The position numbers and the translations under genes were made by a program. A stretch of 16,043 nucleotides of DNA from the IMG/VR virus record IMGVR_UViG_3300033405_000009; one strand, written 5' to 3'. The notes beneath the pieces were generated by a model. The model saw only the letters and a list, made by a program, of their open reading frames with translations. It ran no database searches and was not told where the DNA came from. Below, piece after piece: positions 7,766 to 14,393 of the stretch (positions are counted from its first letter, which is position 1; every line of letters starts with the position of its first letter). This DNA is from a virus.

Positions 7766-8045
7766 CCGGATTGATTTTACAGACAGACGAGAAGCCCGAA
7801 GCCGGGACCATCCCAAGCTACGGGCTTCTCTGGAGGCAACGCCATGCCTGGCGCCGACCTTCTTAGGGCCAACAGGCCCGAAATTACGAGCGGGAAATTT
7901 ACCAGTGATCTCTAGACGCCTCCCGCTCTACTAGGCGACGCCGAATCTTTCGATTCGACCCTGGGGAACCTGTAACGACCCGAGAGACGCCGGGTGATCC
8001 CATTGGCTTGCCCATCGATCACCCGTACGCGCGCGATCGAGCGAT
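7766..8045 (-). other. Highly structured non-coding region. It is a candidate ncRNA or a long regulatory 5' leader, transcribed from the motif variant at 8011-8040.
   Basis: About 230-280 bp with no ORF. It holds several perfect inverted repeats: GAGAAGCCCG...CGGGCTTCTC (10 bp), GAGCGGGA...TCCCGCTC (8 bp), CGGGTGATC...GATCACCCG, GGGCCaacaGGCCC, and a CCGAATC-tttc-GATTCG hairpin (GAAA tetraloop on the minus strand). Confidence 0.35.
8011..8040 (-). promoter_or_regulatory. Variant of the conserved motif (TAGATC-N12-GCGTAC) with no coding gene directly downstream.
   Basis: Plus strand shows CCGTACGCGCGCGATCGAGCGATCTATG. It has the same 12-nt spacing and GCGTAC box as instance F. Confidence 0.35.
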
Positions 8046-8240
8046 CTATGTAGTCTTCTTTGGCAGCCGTCGTACATTTTTGCATTTAGTGACTAAGATC
8101 ACTGAATTCATCTTGTCAGCTTTCACAGAGCACTCATCTCCGGATATTTCCATTACTTCTCCAGTGAGACTGCGGTGAGGTCCGGTTCTAATGTGAACCT
8201 TATCAGACACTTTGATGGGGACAATTGCCATACGCGCCAT
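8046..8240 (-). CDS. Small KOW-like domain protein (64 aa).
   Basis: IVPIKVSDKVHIRTGPHRSLTGEVMEISGDECSVKADKMNSVILVTKCKNV follows the KOW pattern (G-D-V-V-i--GpF-g--G-V-ev-----v-V-----------V---vek) seen in NusG C-terminus/L24-type proteins. The start overlaps the 3' end of the HNH gene. Confidence 0.35.
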   Translation of the reverse strand: MARMAIVPIKVSDKVHIRTGPHRSLTGEVMEISGDECSVKADKMNSVILVTKCKNVRRLPKKTT

Positions 8241-9117
8241 ATGAAAAATTACAATTATGGCATAGAACTCGATAACCAGTCGGGAATTTATTCTTGATCA
8301 ACCATTTCTGGAAAACGTTGCCCCTCTTGTCGATTTCCTTGCGATGATCATTTCCTCCACCGTGGATGTGATCAATCGCGAGAACATCAGTATCTTTGAC
8401 GGCACAACATGCACAAGATGGAATGGGAGCGCTGTAGTGAACTAGACATTCCATCTTGATCTTGCAATCGTAGGCATACTTTGCAAGAGCCATCTTCTTC
8501 AAGTCGACGGGATATGGCACTCCCTCGATGATTCGAGTCTTAAACGAATTAGTCTCATCCCAAATCTTGTTTTCAAAGGCTTTGCGTTGAAGTCGCAAGG
8601 ATTCTTTGCCGTTACAATTATGGCAAAGGACTCGATAACCGGGCGGGAATCCGGATTTCTCGAGCCATAGCAAATATCGCTCGGTTTTGCGACCGAGGAA
8701 CTCACGATGGATGTTGCCTCCACCCGTGATGTGATCTAGGCAGAGGAAGCGGAGCTTCAACTCCTCACACAAGAAGCACTTCGGGATTCCACCAGAGTAA
8801 ACGCCATAAACGCGAACTCTGATGTCCTCACGCCTATCCTTCATCTGCGCGAGGACGTCTTCCTTATTCTCTGCGTAATATTTGGCGTTGTACGCAGAAG
8901 CCTTATCGGGATTGGCTAGCTTGAATTGGCGGGTCTTTTCTTGACTCGCCTTCGGGTCAGCTGCGTATCGCGCCGCCCGTGCATCCTTATCACACTGGAT
9001 GCACTTGTACGTATATACGTCACGACCTTTGTAGGTATATGCCTTATATCGACGGAATCCCTCATCTAGAGATTGGATCCCATGAATACGACAAGCCCGG
9101 GTCGGTGTGTTGGTCAT
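8203..9117 (-). CDS. HNH endonuclease with two tandem HNH/Zn-finger modules (304 aa).
   Basis: Two copies of C..C...DH(I)xGGGNxHR...FPxGYRVLCHNCN: CLDHITGGGNIHREF...RVLCHNCN and AIDHIHGGGNDHRKE...RVLCHNCN. The gene is AT-rich. It is a paralog of gene 12453..13115. Confidence 0.75.
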   Translation of the reverse strand: MTNTPTRACRIHGIQSLDEGFRRYKAYTYKGRDVYTYKCIQCDKDARAARYAADPKASQEKTRQFKLANPDKASAYNAKYYAENKEDVLAQMKDRREDIRVRVYGVYSGGIPKCFLCEELKLRFLCLDHITGGGNIHREFLGRKTERYLLWLEKSGFPPGYRVLCHNCNGKESLRLQRKAFENKIWDETNSFKTRIIEGVPYPVDLKKMALAKYAYDCKIKMECLVHYSAPIPSCACCAVKDTDVLAIDHIHGGGNDHRKEIDKRGNVFQKWLIKNKFPTGYRVLCHNCNFSYGAYGNCPHQSV

Positions 9118-9147
9118 GCTGAGAACCTAACACCAACCCGGGCTTGT
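9091..9147 (-). promoter_or_regulatory. Long imperfect hairpin that encloses the HNH start codon and SD (ACAAGCCCGGGT(T/C)GGTGTT...loop with AGGTTCTCAGCATGACC...AACACCGACCCGGGCTTGT).
   Basis: 12 perfect bp plus 5 more bp of stem seen in the sequence. The ATG at 9115-9117 lies in the loop. The hairpin sits 20 nt after the MoxR stop. Confidence 0.55.
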
Positions 9148-9168
9148 GGCAAGATTACTGAGTGTGGA

Positions 9169-10287
9169 TCACTCGTCCTTCATCGCCTGACGAATTTTGA
9201 GGAATGCCTCCATGAACGGGGCCACCTTCGTGAGCTTGTGGTCCTGAATCATCTTCATGTTCATGACGCTCTTCGCAGCACCGATGCAGAACTCCGAGGG
9301 GAGCTTGCGGAGCCACCCGAACACGTTGTCCGTGGTCTTGTGGAGCTTACGCTCGTGCGCCTCCTTGTCGGAGCCGGAGGGCGTCACGCGGCAGAGGGCC
9401 GCCACGGCGTTCACGGCGGAGATGGCGCAAACGAACTGGCGATCGATCTCCATCTTGTCGAGATCGGGGTGCTTGCCCTCGCGGACCAGCGCCTCGATGA
9501 GCGGCTCGATGTGGCGGTAGTGCTCCAGCCACACCTTGAACTTGACCGCGGAAGCCATCCCCACGCGACCCGCCACCAGCATCGTCTGGAAGTCGACACT
9601 GGAGAGGTGGCGCTCCGAGCCGTTGGTGAAGTCCAGGTCCTTCGCCGCCAAAGTCCACGCGCGAGGCGAGGGGTGGCAATACGCCGTGGAGTCGCCCTCG
9701 GGCGGGGGCATCAGGAGCTGCTCCTGATTCTTGCTGAGGAACCCGACGATGAGGGGGTTGACCCCTGCGCCCGTGGCCCACTCCTGCCACGGCTCGAAGG
9801 CGTGCGTCACGCGGTAGACGCCGCACCGATTGGTGAGGGCGTGCGAGACGGGGAGCGAGAAGGCACCCTCGTCAGGCAGGTTGCCCGTCGCGATGACCGC
9901 GTGGATGTTCATCTTGCGACCGTTCATCGCACGGAACTGGAACAGCTCGAGGCAGGGGTTCTGCAGCTCGGGCTTGGCCTTATCCACCTCGTCCACGAGG
10001 AGGATCACCGGCCGCTCGTCCTTGTTGTAGAGCGGGATGGTCTCCGGCGGAGCATAGGTCGTCTTGCCGTTCTCCACGAGAGGCAGACCGATCATGTCGG
10101 GTGCCTCCAGGACGGAGAGGTTGAGGTAGACGTAGCGAAACTTCTCGTTCTCGCACGCCTGCATGGCCATCTCGGTCTTGCCGATACCGGCCGGGCCGAA
10201 GGTCATGAGATTGCCCCCGGTCCGAATCGTGAACTGCAGCACCTTCATGAGGTGCGCCTGATCGAGCTCCGTAACACCAGTTAGCAT
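9169..10287 (-). CDS. MoxR-family (AAA_5) AAA+ ATPase, CobS/RavA-like (372 aa).
   Basis: Walker A FGPAGIGKTEMA. Walker B VILLVDEVDKA. Sensor-1-like HAVIATGN. The length and single-AAA architecture are typical of the MoxR/CobS class. GC-rich, with motif C and GGAGG upstream. Confidence 0.75.
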   Translation of the reverse strand: MLTGVTELDQAHLMKVLQFTIRTGGNLMTFGPAGIGKTEMAMQACENEKFRYVYLNLSVLEAPDMIGLPLVENGKTTYAPPETIPLYNKDERPVILLVDEVDKAKPELQNPCLELFQFRAMNGRKMNIHAVIATGNLPDEGAFSLPVSHALTNRCGVYRVTHAFEPWQEWATGAGVNPLIVGFLSKNQEQLLMPPPEGDSTAYCHPSPRAWTLAAKDLDFTNGSERHLSSVDFQTMLVAGRVGMASAVKFKVWLEHYRHIEPLIEALVREGKHPDLDKMEIDRQFVCAISAVNAVAALCRVTPSGSDKEAHERKLHKTTDNVFGWLRKLPSEFCIGAAKSVMNMKMIQDHKLTKVAPFMEAFLKIRQAMKDE

Positions 10288-10308
10288 GAGTTATTGCCTC
10301 CGATCCGC

Positions 10309-10335
10309 AATACGCGCGGATTCGCCGAATTTGCG
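10309..10335 (-). promoter_or_regulatory. Conserved promoter/leader motif, instance C: CGCAAATT-N12-GCGCGTATT-N8-GGAGG-N9-ATG.
   Basis: Plus strand shows AATACGCGCGGATTCGCCGAATTTGCG. The dyad ATCCGC/GCGGAT flanks GCGTATT. Confidence 0.55.
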
Positions 10336-10385
10336 GATGCGGACCGCACCTTCTTCATGGGAATTGTACCGTACATCTTCACGAC

Positions 10386-10568
10386 TCACGACTCCATTAC
10401 CTTGGAAACAATTGCATCTTCACAAGTGGGATTGATTTTGAGCCAAGCTTGAGCCGAAGGACTCCAATTGTCACCATGCTTATTCCACTTGAGCCAGGAA
10501 TCGCACCAGCTACAGTGATAAGTCACCTGGTCATCCTGCGAGTATTGGTACCCCCAAGTATGTTCCAT
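10386..10568 (-). CDS. Small Cys/Trp-rich protein (~60 aa, MEHTWGYQYSQDDQVTYHCSWCDSW...), ends ...VMES.
   Basis: The ATG sits 1 nt after the upstream stop (ATGGAGTCCTGAGATGG). The SD is embedded in the upstream gene's last codons. Confidence 0.4.
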   Translation of the reverse strand: MEHTWGYQYSQDDQVTYHCSWCDSWLKWNKHGDNWSPSAQAWLKINPTCEDAIVSKVMES

Positions 10569-10569
10569 C

Positions 10570-10779
10570 TCAGGACTCCATAACCGTTGCCACAACGTGG
10601 GCTTTATGAAGTTCTCCAATTCGTTCAAACCAAGGTGAAATGTCCATCCCGCGACGGAAAGCGATGGCTCTCAATTTCTCAATATCTGCCGTAGTGGGAT
10701 TGGCTTCCATCTTTGAAATCAATTTCTCAAAAGCAGGAGTCTTCCAGTCCCGATCTTTAGGAGATCTCTGCCGGCTCAC
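10570..10779 (-). CDS. Hypothetical small protein (69 aa), ends ...VMES.
   Basis: ORF with an ATG start. Confidence 0.35.
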   Translation of the reverse strand: MSRQRSPKDRDWKTPAFEKLISKMEANPTTADIEKLRAIAFRRGMDISPWFERIGELHKAHVVATVMES

Positions 10780-10868
10780 GATTCGAGGACCTCTGCTACG
10801 AGAAATTCTGCGTGGGTGAAGGTTTCTACGGGGGTAGATGATTTATGCCGGAATTGGGAGCCGTCCAC

Positions 10869-11468
10869 CTAGTTCTCCATCAATGTGGCGACTTGTGCCT
10901 CTTTCAGGAGGTCTTGAATTTCCTCCATAGTCCATCCGCTTTGAATACGTTGAATGAACGTCTTGTAAAGACTCTTGCGTTGCTGAGCCTTTATACGATC
11001 TGCAGTCTCTTGGATGCGTCCTCGCATTTTACGCACCTGCGTTTTATTAGTGAACGCCGCTTTGCATGCATCCAGGACCGCATCATTCAATGCGCTGGCT
11101 TTCTTTGGCAAGACAGCCTGCACGATTTCTGCGAGATAATTCATGCGGGTGTCGTTCGTGCCTAGCGTCGACCCCATATAGTGGCGAACGACATGGAAGA
11201 CGCCTTGACTACCCAAAGCCACGATGATCGGATAATTCCGATTCCAGACCATCTTAGCCACGGCATACGGCTTTGTGCCCTCAAGACGCAATTCTGCGCC
11301 TTTCACCTTGCAGTGATGGACGTACCACGCAGCAGCTAGAAGGGCATTCTCGGTCCCTTCTGGGTCATGGTATCCCCGAATCGCATGAATCCATTTCGGT
11401 TGTCCTTGCAGAACCCTAGCCAGCCGCCTTCGAAACATCTTTTCGAAGAAAGCCTCAGCTTTGAGCAT
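10869..11468 (-). CDS. Hypothetical protein (~199 aa; ATG at 11466-11468, 2 nt after the upstream TGA, with a GGAGAG SD inside the upstream ...LES codons).
   Basis: TTGGAGAGTTGAACATG lies at the junction. Confidence 0.45.
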   Translation of the reverse strand: MLKAEAFFEKMFRRRLARVLQGQPKWIHAIRGYHDPEGTENALLAAAWYVHHCKVKGAELRLEGTKPYAVAKMVWNRNYPIIVALGSQGVFHVVRHYMGSTLGTNDTRMNYLAEIVQAVLPKKASALNDAVLDACKAAFTNKTQVRKMRGRIQETADRIKAQQRKSLYKTFIQRIQSGWTMEEIQDLLKEAQVATLMEN

Positions 11469-11470
11469 GT

Positions 11471-11683
11471 TCAACTCTCCAAGATTTGGAACACGACAGC
11501 TTCTGGATTAGAAAGAACATCTTCGTATATATACAGATACTCCGGTTCCGGTTGATGCTTCTTGCATCTATGACACCAATTCCCTCGAAATTTCAAGTGG
11601 ATGACCGGTGGATTAGTACAGAAATGCTTCTCATCGTTGATGATGGCATCGCACAGTGCCCAGTTCCAACACGACTGAACCAC
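11471..11683 (-). CDS. Small Cys/His-rich (Zn-binding-like) protein (70 aa).
   Basis: Contains C..C...C..HRCKKH. It abuts the stop of gene 11683..12351. Confidence 0.4.
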   Translation of the reverse strand: MVQSCWNWALCDAIINDEKHFCTNPPVIHLKFRGNWCHRCKKHQPEPEYLYIYEDVLSNPEAVVFQILES

Positions 11684-12351
11684 TATGACTCCAAAACGTC
11701 AGCCACGGCGAATTCGCGCAGAGCCTCGCGCAGTACGTCATCTCCGAGAAAGGAGAACTTGCAGAGGACTTCCCGTACGTCGCGCATGCAGAAGTTAACG
11801 AGAGCCGACTTCTTCTCGGCCTCGAAGGCCTCATTGACCTCGAAACCTGGGTTGTACATAACAGCCCAGGCCTCCTCGTTCAGCCGCTTTTCGGCTGCGA
11901 GCCTATCTTCCTTGAAGATTTCATCGACGTGATTACGTCCCCAGCTGGAGAAAGACTGAGCATCCTTGCGACCGCGCTGCTTCTTCTTGTCCACGGACGT
12001 GCCGAAGACCGTCTCCGGTTGGCAGTTGAATGTGGGGACACCGCCCTCCTTACCGAAGTGCTTCTTGGCGATGATATCGAAGTCTGCATCCTCCGCGAGC
12101 CGCCACGTGCTGAGATGGCAGTTGCCGTTCGTCCCACCTCGGTTGAAGGTGGCCTCCGGATGGAAATTGGTGTGGAAGACGACGCTTGCATAAGGACGCA
12201 TCGGATTACCGCGTTCGTCGTGGGTCTTCAGCTCGAAGGTGTGGCGTGTGATGCGCGCATTCTCGTACTTGGCACGGATTGAAGCGAGCAGCTCCTTACC
12301 TTCCGCCGTGTCGAGGAGAAGCTTGTAAATCCTATCGTAACTCGATGCCAT
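11683..12351 (-). CDS. Hypothetical protein (~222 aa, starts MASSYDRIYK). GC-rich. The ORF track's N-terminal extension to 12411 is rejected because motif D and GGAGG sit right before the internal ATG.
   Basis: CATATG at the start, with GGAGG 8 nt upstream. It contains HxD...H-like residues (KTHDE...FHTNFH), but I cannot assign a family. Confidence 0.5.
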   Translation of the reverse strand: MASSYDRIYKLLLDTAEGKELLASIRAKYENARITRHTFELKTHDERGNPMRPYASVVFHTNFHPEATFNRGGTNGNCHLSTWRLAEDADFDIIAKKHFGKEGGVPTFNCQPETVFGTSVDKKKQRGRKDAQSFSSWGRNHVDEIFKEDRLAAEKRLNEEAWAVMYNPGFEVNEAFEAEKKSALVNFCMRDVREVLCKFSFLGDDVLREALREFAVADVLES

Positions 12352-12371
12352 ATGACAACCTCCGCGATCGA

Positions 12372-12396
12372 ATACGCGCCGATCCGCGAGATTTTT
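12372..12396 (-). promoter_or_regulatory. Conserved promoter/leader motif, instance D: AAAATC-N12-GCGCGTATT-N8-GGAGG-N8-ATG.
   Basis: Plus strand shows AATACGCGCCGATCCGCGAGATTTT. It lies in a divergent intergenic region that also feeds the plus-strand HNH gene. Confidence 0.5.
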
Positions 12397-12452
12397 GCCC
12401 GATCTATTCAATTGTACAGATCGGTTAGAACTCTAGTACGGATTACAAAGAG

Positions 12453-13115
12453 ATGAAGTTCAAAAGATGTTCCAGATGCCGTAAGAAAAAACAAATCAAG
12501 GGCAATTTCACAATTCACAGGAAAAATCATGATGGATTGAGTGCATGTTGCAAAGATTGCAATAAGACCCGTGTTCGAATTCTAAGAGCCAAGAACCCGA
12601 ATGAACACAAGGAAGCCTCAAGGCTTTCTCGGTTAAGACGGAAGCTTCGAGTAATGACTCACTACTGTGGTGGAAAACCTCCCGAATGCGCGTGTTGCGG
12701 TGAGAAAATATTGGAATTTCTCACCATGGATCATATCAACAATGATGGAAATCAGCATCGTAGGAAAATTCCCAGAAATGAATGGGGAAGGATGGTAGGT
12801 TGGCTGGAAAAACATAATTTCCCGCCCGGATTCCAGGTTCTCTGCTGGAACTGCAATTGCGGTAAGAGCCATGATGGGATCTGTCCACATGTTAAATCCG
12901 TTTCTCTTTCATCCTTACAGAAACCAGATCCTGCTACCGCAGGACTTAAACAGCGTGAACGGAAATTAGTACAAAACGGGACCCACTATCTCTGCAAGAT
13001 TCACGGACCTGTGCTATTGAGAGATTGTTATGTGCGACTTGAAAAGCGACGAAATTATTCGAGTTATCGATGCAAAGAATGTGTTCGAATTCATAACAGT
13101 CACAGATACTCTTGA
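12453..13115 (+). CDS. HNH endonuclease, single module plus a C-terminal Cys-rich extension (220 aa). It is a paralog of gene 8203..9117.
   Basis: CACCGEKILEFLTMDHINNDGNQHRRK...FPPGFQVLCWNCNCGKSHDGICPHVKSV parallels the AIDHIHGGGNDHRKE...FPTGYRVLCHNCNFSYGAYGNCPHQSV block of the 304-aa protein. Its C-terminal CKIHGP...YRCKECVRIH resembles the N-terminal CRIHGI...YKCIQCDKD of the 304-aa protein. Confidence 0.7.
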   Translation: MKFKRCSRCRKKKQIKGNFTIHRKNHDGLSACCKDCNKTRVRILRAKNPNEHKEASRLSRLRRKLRVMTHYCGGKPPECACCGEKILEFLTMDHINNDGNQHRRKIPRNEWGRMVGWLEKHNFPPGFQVLCWNCNCGKSHDGICPHVKSVSLSSLQKPDPATAGLKQRERKLVQNGTHYLCKIHGPVLLRDCYVRLEKRRNYSSYRCKECVRIHNSHRYS

Positions 13116-13157
13116 TTTGTGCTCGGTTGTCGGATTGTCTTGATTGTAGTTTCATTC

Positions 13158-13526
13158 ATGAGCCATTCATCAAATCGATTTTCGCAAGATACTCACATGG
13201 AGCTCTTGCCTGAAGCAGATTCAGTCGTACGCCAGTTCATTGCATGCGTCATGGATGCCGCAGGACTCAAGAGAGAGGCTGCATATATCAGGAAACTTCC
13301 TCCTGTTCAGTGTCAACAGTCACTCGTCCAAGCGGCGCGTACACTCGCACGTGCGAGATCAAAAGGTGCAAAGCCAGGCCCGTGGAAACAGATTGTCGAA
13401 GATACTCTCTTCTTCGGTTCGGCTGCGCTCTGGGCAGCTCTTCAAGGGAATCAAGCTTCCTTCGACACCCATACTCAACGAATGAAGGCTTCACTCGTAA
13501 CAGCTCCTGAGCGGCTTCTCCACTAA
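13158..13526 (+). CDS. Hypothetical protein. The start is uncertain: the ORF track gives GTG at 13119, and internal ATGs lie at 13158 and 13197.
   Basis: Protein-like composition (AAYIRKLPPVQCQQSLVQAARTLARARSKGAKPGPWKQIVEDTLFFGSAALWAALQGN), but there is no clear SD. Confidence 0.3.
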   Translation: MSHSSNRFSQDTHMELLPEADSVVRQFIACVMDAAGLKREAAYIRKLPPVQCQQSLVQAARTLARARSKGAKPGPWKQIVEDTLFFGSAALWAALQGNQASFDTHTQRMKASLVTAPERLLH

Positions 13527-13754
13527 ACGTGGTATCATGAGAAATGGGTCTATGCGAAAAGTGTGTCTGTCGACGGGATAGTCGCACGCGCGTTCTCAAA
13601 ATTCGAGAAAAATCGCTCGCGCCAGGACTCATTTGCGTAGGCCCATTGAAAGATCCTCAGCCACGCACCGATTGCAAATGGCATGAAGGGTACGGAATCG
13701 TTCCAGCGAAGAGCCGTGTGAATTGCGACGATTTCGTCTCGGTTCAGGACTTCC

Positions 13755-14375
13755 CTAGCTCTCCATGATAGAGCATACTGTCGCGAGATCCATGAGTTCT
13801 TTCTCGTCCTGAGGAAATTCGTACGCTCCGGCGTCGTAAATGGCTGCCACCGCCCGAATCAGTGTCCTGTAAGGACCGCCGAGTTCGACTCGGACACCGT
13901 TACGCCAACGACAACAACTTTCTGCGATGGTATGCCAGTTAGGTTCCGTGGCGCGTTTCCCGATGTAAAAATCGAACATCACCTTCAGACCCTTCATCAT
14001 CTGCTCGGGAGTGAGATTGATGGAATACTCGTCCAGAGCAGCCGGGTCCCCGATCCGCCACATGAACTCCTTGAACGTGGCATCTTGAATTTTGCCAGGG
14101 AACGCCTTCATATATTTGAGAGCGAGTCCCACAAGTCCTTTGGACGTGCATCCGAAGAATTTCGCCCGTTGACGATCGTTGAGGTAGGCCCGCAAGATTT
14201 CCTCAGGATCGCATTTCGTGCAGTCCTTTGCGTGCTTGAAGATCATCTTGTAATAGGTATCGGACCCACTGATGAACTCTCGCAGAGGGCGGGTGGAATC
14301 TGCCTTTGTCCCTCCGCGGTGACTGCCACCTGTCTGTCCGTGACCTTTGCAAATTAGAATGCAATCCAAGGCCAT
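13755..14375 (-). CDS. Hypothetical protein (206 aa), moderately GC-rich.
   Basis: ATG with GGAGG 7 nt upstream, and motif E upstream. The gene is convergent with the plus-strand gene at 13158. Confidence 0.5.
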   Translation of the reverse strand: MALDCILICKGHGQTGGSHRGGTKADSTRPLREFISGSDTYYKMIFKHAKDCTKCDPEEILRAYLNDRQRAKFFGCTSKGLVGLALKYMKAFPGKIQDATFKEFMWRIGDPAALDEYSINLTPEQMMKGLKVMFDFYIGKRATEPNWHTIAESCCRWRNGVRVELGGPYRTLIRAVAAIYDAGAYEFPQDEKELMDLATVCSIMES

Positions 14376-14393
14376 TCGACACCTCCGCGATCA

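Noticed and set aside
9073-10284. 403-aa plus-strand ORF and the minus-strand ORFs 9347..9826 and 9411..9599 inside the MoxR gene
   Set aside because: The MoxR frame has Walker A/B motifs. The alternatives are R/G/L-rich antisense or off-frame ORFs.
11683-12411. N-terminal extension of the 242-aa ORF beyond 12351
   Set aside because: The conserved promoter motif and GGAGG lie inside the extension, immediately before the internal ATG at 12351. The extension would also read through the promoter.
13544-13768. 74-aa Cys-containing plus-strand ORF in the convergent intergenic region
   Set aside because: It has no SD and overlaps the 3' end of gene 13755..14375. The region more likely holds convergent terminator or regulatory structure (short TTCTC/GAGAA dyad). 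It is left uncalled but not excluded.
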